61,502 nucleotides of DNA from Nevskiales bacterium (GCA_035574475.1 DATLYR010000164.1:1-61502); one strand, 5' to 3'; counted from the stretch's first letter, positions 34,981 through 44,668 are shown. Numbers and translations: made by a program. Notes: generated by a model from the sequence alone, not told the origin.

Positions 34981-37125
34981 TCACTCAGCGCTTCGTCCCT
35001 GACTGCGCTCGAACCACACCGCCCCGTAGTTAGAGGCATGGAAGGTCCATCCCGGCTCCACCAGGTAGGTCGTCGCCCGCGTCGTCACCACCGCCGGCCC
35101 TTCGATGAACGATCCGGGCTCGAGCGCCGCCTCGTCGTATACCCGCGTCATCAGCGGCCCGTCGTGGCCGACGTAGTGGCAGAGGCGCTCGCCGACGCTG
35201 TCCGCCGTCACCTTCCGCTCCAGCGGCTTGATGTTCTTGAAGTCCACCTTGTCCAGCGGCACATAGCTCGTCACCCGGATGGTGTTGATGCGCACGCCCG
35301 ACTCCGTGGCCTGGCTGCCCTCGCCGAAGCGCTCGCCGTAACGCTGGTGAAACTGCCGGATCAGCGTCAGCACGTCGTGGGCCGAGTTGATGCGCCTGAG
35401 GTCGGTGGCGACCGCCGTTTCCACGCGCTGATTGCCGTAGCGCATGTCGAACTCGAGCCGGTGGGCGACGTTCTTCGGATCGACGCCCTGCCGCACCAGG
35501 TCCTCCCTGCCCCGCCGCTCCAGGTCCTCGATGGTGGAGTTGAGGCGTTCGTAGTCGTTGAGCAGCGCCTTCAGACCGGTGTGGAACAGCACCGTGTAGG
35601 TGGATTTCTCGTGGATGTGCAGCTGGTCCACGTTGCCGGCGCCCAGCGCGGAGAAGACCGAGCTGAAGGGCGGCGCCAGCACCTTGGAGACGCCCAGGGC
35701 GTTGGCGATGCCGCAGCAGTGCAGTGGGCCGTTGCCGCCGTAGGCGAGGATGGTGAAGTCCTCGGGCGCATAGCCGCGGGAGCGCAGCTCGGTGGCGATG
35801 CCGTTGGCCATGTTGTGGTCCACCGTCTCCTTGATGATCTTGGCGATGCCGATGACATCCATGTCGAGATCGTCGCCGAGGGTCTCCTCGATGGCGAAGC
35901 GGGAACGCGCGGGATTGAGCCTGATGCGGCCGTTGGCGTAGTTTTCCGGGTCCAGGTAGCCGAGCAGCAGGTCCGCGTCGGTGACGGTGGCGCGCATGCC
36001 GCCCTGGTCGTAGCAGGCCGGGCCGGGGTCCGAGCCGGCGCTCTCGGGCCCGATCTTCACCGCGCCGTAGAGACGATCGTAGCTGGCGATGGAGCCGCCG
36101 CCCGCACCCAGGGTGACCAGATGCACCATGGGCACGCTCACCAGCCAGCGGTCGATCACCGGGTGGAAGTCGTAGTGCTTCTCCCCGCCGGCGGTGACGA
36201 TGCCGATGTCGAAGCTGGTGCCGCCCATGTCGGTGGCCACCACGTTGCCCAGCTCCCCCTCCTCGGCCAGCAGCTCCGAGGCGGCGATGCCGGCCACCGG
36301 GCCCGAATGCACGGTCTGCAGGGCGTCGGTGGAGTTGAGCTGGGCCAGCCCGCCGGAGTTGTGGTTGATCAGCATCGGCCGGGTGTAGCCGTTGGCGCGC
36401 AGGTTCAGCTCCAGCGAGGAGAGGCCGTGGTACATGACGTTGTGCAGGAAGCCGTCCACGATGGTGGAGGTGGCACGGGTGTACTCCCCCTTGCGTCCGG
36501 CCACCTGGTGGGACAGCAGCATGGGGATGGCGCCCAGCAGATAGTCGGGATACTCCTCGCGGAAGATGGACTGGACGGCCAGCTCGTGCTCGGGATTGAC
36601 GACGCTGTTGGCCAGCATCACCACGATCGTCTCCGCCCCTTGGTCCACCAATTCCCACAGCGCCTCCCTCACCCCCGCCTGATCGAGGGCCAGCAGCACC
36701 TCGCCGTTGTAGCCGATGCGCTCACGCACCGTGCGGATCATGGGGATGGGCACCAGCGGCTCGGGACGCCGGGCGCGCGGCAGATCGCGCTGCAGGGAGA
36801 AAGGCAGCCCTTCGCCGTAGCCGCGCCCGCGCGAGATGGGCACGATGCTGCCGTAGCCCGCGGTGCATAGCAGGCCGATGCGCGGTCCCTTGCGCTCGAT
36901 CAGGGCATTGGTGCCCAGCGTCGTCGAGTAGCGCACCGATTCGGCATTGGCGAGCAGCTCCGGCACATCGATGCCCAGCTCGCCGCAGGCCACGTCCAGG
37001 GCGTCGTTGAAGCCCAGGGCCAGATTGTGATGGGTCGTCAGCGCCTTCGCCTGCACATATTTGCCGTTGTGGGAGACGAAGCAGTCGGTGAAGGTGCCGC
37101 CGATGTCTACCGAGATCCTGTTCAT
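34981..37125 (-). CDS. ATP-dependent ketone carboxylase, hydantoinase-A-type subunit (AcxA-like)
   Basis: 714 aa. MNRISVDIGGTFTDCF, DMGGTSFD and GAGGGS are ASKHA/HyuA nucleotide-binding motifs. Confidence 0.9.
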   Translation of the reverse strand: MNRISVDIGGTFTDCFVSHNGKYVQAKALTTHHNLALGFNDALDVACGELGIDVPELLANAESVRYSTTLGTNALIERKGPRIGLLCTAGYGSIVPISRGRGYGEGLPFSLQRDLPRARRPEPLVPIPMIRTVRERIGYNGEVLLALDQAGVREALWELVDQGAETIVVMLANSVVNPEHELAVQSIFREEYPDYLLGAIPMLLSHQVAGRKGEYTRATSTIVDGFLHNVMYHGLSSLELNLRANGYTRPMLINHNSGGLAQLNSTDALQTVHSGPVAGIAASELLAEEGELGNVVATDMGGTSFDIGIVTAGGEKHYDFHPVIDRWLVSVPMVHLVTLGAGGGSIASYDRLYGAVKIGPESAGSDPGPACYDQGGMRATVTDADLLLGYLDPENYANGRIRLNPARSRFAIEETLGDDLDMDVIGIAKIIKETVDHNMANGIATELRSRGYAPEDFTILAYGGNGPLHCCGIANALGVSKVLAPPFSSVFSALGAGNVDQLHIHEKSTYTVLFHTGLKALLNDYERLNSTIEDLERRGREDLVRQGVDPKNVAHRLEFDMRYGNQRVETAVATDLRRINSAHDVLTLIRQFHQRYGERFGEGSQATESGVRINTIRVTSYVPLDKVDFKNIKPLERKVTADSVGERLCHYVGHDGPLMTRVYDEAALEPGSFIEGPAVVTTRATTYLVEPGWTFHASNYGAVWFERSQGRSAE

Positions 37126-37146
37126 TTGCGCGCCTCGTGTATCTGC

Positions 37147-37554
37147 TCAGTGCCCATGGCAGTGCTTGGGCCGGGCATGCACCGGAATCTCGGCCGGCGA
37201 AGTTGCGCCGCCCCAGCTCTGCGCCTTCTCGCGCAGGGATTCCAGATCCAGCTCGATGTCGCGGGCCGGCGGATGGCCCGGCACCAGGTATTCCGTCTCG
37301 ATCATGGTGCCGCAGTGGGGGCAGTAGTACTCCAGCAGCGCGGTATAGGCGGGATCCGGCGCGAAGGTGTATTCGTATTTCTCCGGATCGATCAAGGGCG
37401 GATGAATCTCCTGCGGGTCGCGGTCATGGACCAGCAGCCCGCGCTTGTAGTTGTCCCGCGCCGGGATCAGCTCGTGCTGGCAGGCACGGCAGAACCACAT
37501 CTCGGTCTCGAGATCGATGCCCAGGTATTCCGTGATGTTGACCTTCATGTTCAA
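37147..37554 (-). CDS. small Zn-ribbon subunit of acetone/acetophenone carboxylase type (gamma-like)
   Basis: 135 aa with a Cys4 arrangement: CRAC (22-25) and CPHCG (79-82). It sits between the two HyuA-like genes. Confidence 0.75.
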   Translation of the reverse strand: MNMKVNITEYLGIDLETEMWFCRACQHELIPARDNYKRGLLVHDRDPQEIHPPLIDPEKYEYTFAPDPAYTALLEYYCPHCGTMIETEYLVPGHPPARDIELDLESLREKAQSWGGATSPAEIPVHARPKHCHGH

Positions 37555-37560
37555 TCTTCC

Positions 37561-39492
37561 TCAGTTGCCCTTCGTCAGCAGGATGTCGCTGCTCGCCGTG
37601 ATTTCGAACATCCACCCCTTGCCCACCTTGCCGGTGAAATAGGCCTCCTCCACCAGCGCCGGCCCGCAGGCGGTGGCGCCGGGCGCCAGCTCCTCGACGC
37701 GATACAGCGGCACGGTGATGCGCTCGCCGTCGTGGCCGAGGATCTTGCGGCTTGCGGACGCCTTCGCATCGTGCCGCTCCGCCAGCGGCACGCTGGGGAT
37801 GCGCGCCTTGCGCACCGGCTTGACGGCGCGCAGGTAGAGCGTCGCCCGATCCGAGGCCACGAGCTCGCACGGCAGCATGGCGGCATCGCCGACATCGAAG
37901 ACCGCTTCCTCGTCGCCGCGCTCGCGCAGCAACGACGCCCGTATCGTGCAGTCGGAAAGCTTGGCGCCCTCGGCGAACATGTCCCGTCGCGCCCGCTCCA
38001 CGAGGTGGAAGTAGGCGTGCCGCAACTCCTCGGCGGTGTTGGCGCCGAGCGTCATCTGGTACTCCTGCGACACGTCGGAGAAGTTGATGCCGTAGGCGCT
38101 GAAGACGGCCGCCAGGCGCGGGATGAGCACCCTTCTCACATCCAGCCGGTCGGCCACGGCCGTGGCCGCCAGCGCCCCCGCGCCGCCGAAGCCGGCGAGC
38201 ACCGCGCCGTCCAGTGGCCCGGCAGCATAGGTGATCGCTTGCGCGATCTTCTCCACCCAGGCGTTCTCCATTTCCAGGAGCGCCTGACTCAAGTGCCAGC
38301 CGGCATGGGCGGCCACGTTCTGCTCGATGCTCGCCCGGGCCCGCTCCTCGTCCAGGACCAGGTCGCCGCCGAAATAGCTCGCCTTGTCCAGCACGCCCTG
38401 GAGCAGATACACGTCGGTGATGGTGGCGTCCTTGCCGCCGCGGCCGAAGCAGGCCGGCCCGGGCACCGCGCCGACGGACCGGGGCCCCACCTCGATGCCC
38501 TTGCCGTTGGCCCGGATGATGGAGCTGCCCCCGACGCCGGCGCTATGGACGTCCGCCAGCGGGAAGGCGATCTCCACCTCCTCGCATCGGCCGCGCCGGG
38601 AGCAGCGGATCTCGCCGTTCTCGACGACGCCGATGTCGGTGGTCGTGCCGCCCACGTCATAGGAGACCACCTTGCGATAGCCGTAGTGGTCCGCCAGGGC
38701 GCGGATGCCTTCCATTCCGCCCCGCGGACCGGAGCTGTAGGTCTTCACCGCCGTGGTCTTGGCCACCCGCGCCGAGCCGCCGTCGTTGCGGAAGACAAGC
38801 AGCGGGTTGGTGGTCTTCTGGGACTTGAGGCGGTAGTCCGCCGAGTAGAGGAAGCGCTCCATGGCGGGATGGAGAAAGGCGTTGAGCAGCGCCGTCCAGC
38901 TGCGGCGCACGAAGCGCGCATCGTCGGTGAGGTCGGCGGCGCACAGCAGCGGCATCGCGCCCAGCAGATGGGACGGAAAGCGCTTCTGGATGATCGCCTT
39001 GATGCGCGCCTCCACGCTCTTGAAGTCGCTCGAGCCGACGCTCACCACCACCCGGCTGGCACCGGCGGCGGTGAGCTCATTCACCGCCCTGATGACCTCC
39101 GCATCGAAGGCCGCGGCGTCGAGGGCCGCATCGACCGTGCGCACCCGGTCCCCGACCAGCTCGGCGAAGAGCGGCGCGTGGTGCTCGCCGGCGGACAGCG
39201 CATTCACGTCGCTGTCCGGCGTGCTGATCACCCCCAGCCGCGGCCCCTTGCGCTCCACCAACGCGTTGGTGCCGACCGTGGTCGAGTAGCGGATGTGCTC
39301 CGCCTCCCGCAGCAACCGGCCCACGTCCTCCTTGCCATAGACGCGACCGGAGACCTTCTGCAGCCCCTCGAAGAAGCACTTGCTCAAGTCATACGGCGTG
39401 GTGAGCGTCTTGGCATGATGCACCGCCGTATCGGTGACCACGCAGAAATCCGTCAGCGTGCCGCCGTTGTCGATACTGATTAGCATCCCCAT
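37561..39492 (-). CDS. second hydantoinase-A/oxoprolinase-family paralogue (extra carboxylase subunit, Apc-like architecture)
   Basis: 643 aa. MGMLISIDNGGTLTDFC, YDVGGTTTD and AGVGGSS motifs are present. It is the first gene of the four-gene unit. Confidence 0.85.
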   Translation of the reverse strand: MGMLISIDNGGTLTDFCVVTDTAVHHAKTLTTPYDLSKCFFEGLQKVSGRVYGKEDVGRLLREAEHIRYSTTVGTNALVERKGPRLGVISTPDSDVNALSAGEHHAPLFAELVGDRVRTVDAALDAAAFDAEVIRAVNELTAAGASRVVVSVGSSDFKSVEARIKAIIQKRFPSHLLGAMPLLCAADLTDDARFVRRSWTALLNAFLHPAMERFLYSADYRLKSQKTTNPLLVFRNDGGSARVAKTTAVKTYSSGPRGGMEGIRALADHYGYRKVVSYDVGGTTTDIGVVENGEIRCSRRGRCEEVEIAFPLADVHSAGVGGSSIIRANGKGIEVGPRSVGAVPGPACFGRGGKDATITDVYLLQGVLDKASYFGGDLVLDEERARASIEQNVAAHAGWHLSQALLEMENAWVEKIAQAITYAAGPLDGAVLAGFGGAGALAATAVADRLDVRRVLIPRLAAVFSAYGINFSDVSQEYQMTLGANTAEELRHAYFHLVERARRDMFAEGAKLSDCTIRASLLRERGDEEAVFDVGDAAMLPCELVASDRATLYLRAVKPVRKARIPSVPLAERHDAKASASRKILGHDGERITVPLYRVEELAPGATACGPALVEEAYFTGKVGKGWMFEITASSDILLTKGN

Positions 39493-40280
39493 CGTTGATT
39501 CTCCTGCATCCCATGCGAGGTGATTGGCATTGCTGCGGGATATGGAGTGTGCATGCGCACCCCGCCGCGCATGTCCCGCATTGGCTGCGACAGTTGATAG
39601 GTTAGGGGCAGGCTTGGGGTTGAATCACCGCCTAAAGGAGTGGAGAGGGGGGTGGCGTTCGGGTAGTGATGGGCGTGGTGCCCTGTCCAGCGACGTTGTT
39701 CGCGAGGGATTCGTCACGGGCACGAAACAGTCGTCGTCTTTGGTAACCACCGCCGCTCCACGCACGCCGAGCGCCACGACCTGACTGAGCCGGGCACCAT
39801 GGGCGATCTTCCCTTGCGCATCACGTGGCGCAACATCACCCGAGTGTCGAACCAGGCTTTCTTGAGTCAAAAAACATAAATCCATTAAGGGTCCTAGATG
39901 GAACCACCATTTACACCTAGCCCCGACCACTCTCGGTTGGACTTTTTTCTTGCCCACAGCGCCAGTCCTAGCGCGGCTTCGCGCCTTGGGTTCGCGAGCG
40001 GCAGCCCAGCCGATAGGCCGGTTCTCCCCTTCCGGGCCTCTCTGTTCTCTGTTTTTCTCTGGTGATCTCGCGAGCGTTCGCGAGGTCACTTCCTTGGCTA
40101 GTGCGGGGTTGGAGACGGCTGGTTGTGTTTGGAGAAAGGTTACCGCTGGCGACCGAGATATAAACTGCACCGAGATACCTTCAGCTTTCGGACAGAAGCA
40201 GCCGTCGTTGTCCTAACCGAGAAGCGACGTTGGAAATAGGCGCGACAACCATAAGTGAGAAGCTCGTTGCAATGGCCATC

Positions 40281-41771
40281 TCACTTGGAGCCCATCTCCC
40301 CAATCACCGACGCCAAGGTGAATATTCCCTGCTGAATCTGCTCGATCGTCAGACTGGCATATCCCAAGATCAACCCAGCTGGCCGAGATTGCAAATGCAA
40401 CTCTGGCTTGGCAAACAGCGGCGACACCGGGTAGACGCCCACGTCCTGGTCGCGGGCAGCGGCCACCAGTGCGGACTCGTCCTGCGGTAGCAGGAAAGGC
40501 AGCCACAGCACCACATGCAGCCCAGCCGCCGTACCGCTGATTTGAACGTTAGCCGGCAGGTGGCGCGCGATAGCGTCCAGCAATGCCGCACGGCGTCGCT
40601 CGTTTTCTCGACGCATGCGCCGCACATGGCGTTCATAGGCGCCGCTGTCGATCAATGAGGCCAGCGCGCGCTGCTCCAGCACGGGCGCGTGGCGGTCGAC
40701 CAGCCGCTTGGCCTGCTGGAACACCGGCACCAGCTCAGGCGGCAGCACCAGGTAGCCGAGTCGCAGCTGCGGTGACAGCGCTTTGGAAAAGGTGCCGATA
40801 TAGATCACGCGGCCATCGGTGTCGATCGATTGCAGTGCGTCGATCGGGCGCTGGCCGTAGCGGAACTCCCCATCGTAGTCGTCCTCGATGATCCAAGCGT
40901 CGTGGCGTTGCGCCCACTGCAGCAATTCCAGACGACGGCTGATCGGTAGCACGCCACCCAGCGGGAACTGATGCGACGGTGTCACGTACGCCAGGCGGGC
41001 ACGCTCATCTTCGGGAAGATGACGTGTGTCCAAGCCGTGCCCGTCCACAGGGTTGGCCAGGAGACGGGCACCAGTGGCTTCAAAACAGCGCCGTGCCATC
41101 AGATAGCCGGGGTCCTCGAAGACAAATCCGTCACCTGCATTCAGCAGCAGCCGTGCACACAGGTCGATGGCTTGTTGCGAGCCGTGCACTACAAGGATTT
41201 GCTCGACCTCGCAGGCAATTCCCCGAGCGCGCCGCAGATAGCCCTGTAAGGCACGTCGCAGTGCCCCGTCACCTTCGGGTGGACCGTAGTACAGGCGATG
41301 CTGCTGGCGCAGCAACTCAGCCTGGTAGGCGCGCCGCCAAGCCAAAGCAGGGAAGTCCCGCGAAGCCACCGCGCCATACAGGAAGTCGAAGCGTGCGGGT
41401 TCAGCGGGAGGCAGTGCGACCATGCCCATCCCCGCAACGCGGCGCCCAAAGTCGGACAGGGTTGGCGCGGACTGGGCGCGCCTGCCTGCAACCGCCTCTT
41501 GTGGTGCAGATGGCGCCACCGGGCGGCCGGCGACCCGCGCTACCCGCCCTGGAGACGTAATGAGAAAACCCTCGGCTGCGAGTTGCTCGTAGGCGGCGGT
41601 GACGGTGGTGCGCGACACCCCCAGTTCGGCCGCCAGGGCGCGCGTGGATGGCACCCGAGCACCCGGTGGCAGCGTGCCGTCGGCGATCTGCGCGCGTAGC
41701 AGATCGTAGATGCGGCGTCCAGCGCCGGTGGCACCAGGGCGGTTGCCGGTTGGTCTGTGAAACTGGCACAT
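40281..41771 (-). CDS. MocR/PdxR-type regulator (GntR HTH fused to a PLP aminotransferase-like domain)
   Basis: 496 aa. The N-terminus has LPPGARVPSTRALAAELGVSRTTVTAAYEQL. The C-terminal fold-type-I domain has the FSKALSPQLRLGY lysine motif. Confidence 0.9.
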   Translation of the reverse strand: MCQFHRPTGNRPGATGAGRRIYDLLRAQIADGTLPPGARVPSTRALAAELGVSRTTVTAAYEQLAAEGFLITSPGRVARVAGRPVAPSAPQEAVAGRRAQSAPTLSDFGRRVAGMGMVALPPAEPARFDFLYGAVASRDFPALAWRRAYQAELLRQQHRLYYGPPEGDGALRRALQGYLRRARGIACEVEQILVVHGSQQAIDLCARLLLNAGDGFVFEDPGYLMARRCFEATGARLLANPVDGHGLDTRHLPEDERARLAYVTPSHQFPLGGVLPISRRLELLQWAQRHDAWIIEDDYDGEFRYGQRPIDALQSIDTDGRVIYIGTFSKALSPQLRLGYLVLPPELVPVFQQAKRLVDRHAPVLEQRALASLIDSGAYERHVRRMRRENERRRAALLDAIARHLPANVQISGTAAGLHVVLWLPFLLPQDESALVAAARDQDVGVYPVSPLFAKPELHLQSRPAGLILGYASLTIEQIQQGIFTLASVIGEMGSK

Positions 41772-41860
41772 AAAAAATCATCAAAACTGGACCTTATCAT
41801 TGTGCCGGTTATGAGTGAGAGTAGCGAGGATTCTGTACTTCTCTCATTCGCCTGCCGACG

Positions 41861-42484
41861 ATGTACATCCCTGCTCACTTTGCTGAAAATCGACCCGAGG
41901 AACTCGGCCGCATCATCCGTGCGCACCCGCTGGGCATGCTGGTCACACACGGCAGTGATGGACTGGACGCCGACCACATTCCGTTCGAGTTCGATGCCGA
42001 CGAGGGACCGCACGGCGTGCTCACGGCCCATGTGGCGCGAGGCAACCCGCTGTGGCAGCGCTGTCCGACGGGCACGCCGGTGATGGTCGTGTTTCGCGGC
42101 GCCGAGGCTTACATCTCGCCCAACTGGTATCCGAGCAAGCACGAGGCACACCGCCAGGTGCCGACCTGGAACTACGAAGTGGTGCACGCGCACGGCACCC
42201 TCACCGTGCACGATGACGAGCGTTTCGTTCGCCGCATCGTTGCGCGCCTGACGCGGCGGCATGAGGCGGCCGAACCCAAGCCCTGGAAGATGGGCGACGC
42301 CGCGCCCGAGTACATCGACAGTCTGCTGCGCAACATCGTGGGCATCGAGATCGCCATCACTTCGCTGGTGGGCAAGGTCAAGCTCAGCCAGAACAAGGAA
42401 GCGCGCGATCGCCTCAGCGCCGCCGACACGCTGGAGGCGCGGGGGCGAGGTGAAATGGCGCAGGCCATGCGCCAGGCCCGGTGA
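41861..42484 (+). CDS. FMN-binding PaiB-family protein
   Basis: MYIPAHFAE..., ISPNWYPSK, VPTWNY and KLSQNK motifs are typical of PaiB. Confidence 0.85.
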   Translation: MYIPAHFAENRPEELGRIIRAHPLGMLVTHGSDGLDADHIPFEFDADEGPHGVLTAHVARGNPLWQRCPTGTPVMVVFRGAEAYISPNWYPSKHEAHRQVPTWNYEVVHAHGTLTVHDDERFVRRIVARLTRRHEAAEPKPWKMGDAAPEYIDSLLRNIVGIEIAITSLVGKVKLSQNKEARDRLSAADTLEARGRGEMAQAMRQAR

Positions 42485-42600
42485 GCGATCAATGCACTGT
42501 GCTGGGAGCCCCTGGACGGTACTCACGAGGCGAGTCAAGCACCCGCACGTCGGAACAGTTCCGGCTTGCCAACGTCACCCTACTAAAGAACAGCAACACT

Positions 42601-43218
42601 ATGTCATTCATTCCCTTCCTAATTGCCGCCGTCGTTCTTGCCATCACGCCCGGTCCGGGGATCGCCTACGTTGTCGCTCGCACGATTGCCGGCGGCCGTT
42701 CGGAAGGCTTGGCCTCGTGCTTCGGCACCGGTATCGGTGGGCTGCTCCACGTGTTCGCGGCGGCGTTGGGCATATCGCTGGTCATTGCGCAGTCCGCTGT
42801 GGCATTTAACCTGCTCAAGTACCTCGGTGCGGCCTATCTGATGTACCTGGGCCTTCGCATGCTGCTGCGTAAGGACAAGCCGCTCACGGTCGACGCCGTG
42901 ACGGCTCAAGGTGCGCGCCGCGCCTTGGTCGAGGGCATCGTGGTTGAAGCCTTGAACGTCAAGACGGCCTTGTTCTTCCTGGCGTTCCTACCGCAGTTCG
43001 TTTCGCCGGCTGAGCACCTGGTGCCGCAATTGGTGCTCCTTGGATGCATCTGCGTGGCGCTCAATACGCTCGTCGACGTCATGGCGGTTCTTGCGGCTCA
43101 TCGCTTGCTTCAGTCAAGTGCTGCCCGTGCTGCGCGAGCCAAACTGATGACCCGTGTGTCGGGCATCACCATGTTAGGTTTGGGCGCCTTCCTTGCGCTG
43201 GCACGGCGTCCAGCGTAG
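42601..43218 (+). CDS. LysE/RhtB-family amino-acid exporter
   Basis: ATG at 42601. AITPGPG, GAAYLMYLG and NVKTALFFLAFLPQF motifs are present. Confidence 0.85.
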   Translation: MSFIPFLIAAVVLAITPGPGIAYVVARTIAGGRSEGLASCFGTGIGGLLHVFAAALGISLVIAQSAVAFNLLKYLGAAYLMYLGLRMLLRKDKPLTVDAVTAQGARRALVEGIVVEALNVKTALFFLAFLPQFVSPAEHLVPQLVLLGCICVALNTLVDVMAVLAAHRLLQSSAARAARAKLMTRVSGITMLGLGAFLALARRPA

Positions 43219-43304
43219 CAACCGATGATCTTGAGTATTTTTGGAAAAATTCCAAAACAAGAAAAGCCATTGATCACGTATTTTGTCGATCTTCCTCGCT
43301 GTAT

Positions 43305-43737
43305 GTCGGTGTCGGCTGGGTTGTCCCAGACTCCCACGACCACCGGGGCGAAGCGCTTGTCTCGGTGTCCGAAGGCGGTCTCGTCGGCGCCGACCCGATG
43401 CGCCGCGCCGTTGATCGGATGCAGATGCATGCTCGAGCTGATGTTTGATGTCTTCCTGCCGTACGCGACGTGAGCCGCGATCGCCTCGTCGCTGAGCTCG
43501 GTGATCCAGCAGGCTGTCGATGGAGAGCCCGAAACCGCGGGTCAGATAACCGATGCCGCCGCCCAGCGTCAGGCCCCCCACCCCGGTCGTCGAGATGATC
43601 CCGCCGGGCGCGGCCAGGCCGAACGGGTAGGTCGCATGGTCGACATTGCGACTGGACCGAGCGAGGTCGACGTGCTGAGGTTCCACGATGCCATGGCCGC
43701 CGGTGATTTCGAGCTCGCTGCGCGCCTCTATGCGGGC
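43305..43737 (-). pseudogene. FAD-linked oxidase (PCMH/BBE-type), middle and C-terminal pieces with an internal deletion
   Basis: ..NVDHATYPFGLAAPGGIISTTGVGGLTLGGGIGYLTRGFGLSIDSLLD, then a frame change near 43504, then ITELSDEAIAAHV...MHLHPINGAAHRVGADETAFGHRDKRFAPVVVGVWDNPADTD. Confidence 0.6.
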
Positions 43738-43784
43738 GATCTCCTTCTTTGCCCATCCTTTGAAACGGTGCAGAGGAGCACCCC

Positions 43785-43979
43785 ATGAGCGACACAATCA
43801 AGGCATTGACCGAAGCGGTGCGCGATCGCGTCATCACCCCCTCGGATTCCGACTACGACGACGCTCGCGCCGTCTACAACGCCATGCACGACCGCAGACC
43901 TCGCGCTGTCATCCAGTGCGTGGATGCAGCCGACGTCATGGCCGCAGTCGCTGCCGCCCGCGATGGCGGCCTCGACCTG
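43785..43979 (+). pseudogene. FAD-linked oxidase, N-terminal 65 codons, opposite strand to the rest of the gene
   Basis: MSDTIKALTEAVRDRVITPSDSDYDDARAVYNAMHDRRPRAVIQCVDAADVMAAVAAARDGGLDL. Similarity ends where GGGHN should follow. Confidence 0.6.
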
Positions 43980-43983
43980 GAGC

Positions 43984-44298
43984 AATCCAGCGCACAATCT
44001 CGCTGTCGATCTCGACGAACCGACCGATGTCGGGAAGGGAATGGCGGAAGTCGTGGAGCAGCTTTCTGAGGTCGGTGAGCGCCTGCGGTTCGTCGGAGTC
44101 GGGCCAGAGCTCGAAGGCGAGTCGTGAGCGGTGCTGCGAGTCTCTGCGCAACACGATCAACGCCAGAAACCGTTGCAAGCGAAGCGAGTCGAAGGCGCGA
44201 AGACGCCGGCCGTCCAGGATGATCTCGACTGCACCGAGAAGTCGGACCTGTAACCGTGTCGGCCGTTCGCCACCGAGCCCGCTCGTGTCACTCGGCAT
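43984..44298 (-). pseudogene. SARP/BTAD-type regulator, N-terminal winged-helix fragment
   Basis: MPSDTSGLGGERPTRLQVRLLGAVEIILDGRRLRAFDSLRLQRFLALIVLRRDSQHRSRLAFELWPDSDEPQALTDLRKLLHDFRHSL. It is truncated at the junction with the oxidase fragment. Confidence 0.5.
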
Positions 44299-44668
44299 AG
44301 GGCTCCTCTGGTCGCTGCCCACCCCCGCCTTTATCGATAACAAGCCAATCAGCCGCTTGATGAGAGTCGACCCCGAGTTTCCGGGCCAGAACCGCGGGAA
44401 TGTGTTGTGGTGTTCACATCCCATCTGCCTCAATATCGTTGTAGGGTCGTTCCTGCGACCGTTACCAAGTCGGGCCAAGGGTTCAGCCGGTTGCGCTGGC
44501 GGTGGCAATCCACCGATCGACAGAGCGCCGGACAGGGCGAAATCCGCCTCGGCGTGCCGGGAGGACTTTGTTGCTGCACGCACGCTGCCCCCCACCCTCG
44601 CTGCCTTTGCCGATGCCTAATCCCGGCGTGCGCCGGGAAGTGACCAGCGGCCTGAGCCACGAGCTAGC

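Noticed and set aside
39493-39620. A sigma-54 (-24 GG / -12 GC) promoter upstream of the carboxylase operon, as reported for some acetone carboxylase operons.
   Set aside because: No TGGCAC-N5-TTGC-like element appears on the minus strand. The adjacent regulator is a LuxR/MalT-type activator, not an enhancer-binding protein with a sigma-54 interaction domain.
39625-40170. 181-aa ORF on the minus strand in the long spacer.
   Set aside because: The translation is low-complexity and highly charged (RSPEKNREQRGPEGENRPIGWAAAREPKARSRARTG...). There is no RBS or start context, and the ORF crosses several hairpins. I treat the region as non-coding or remnant DNA.
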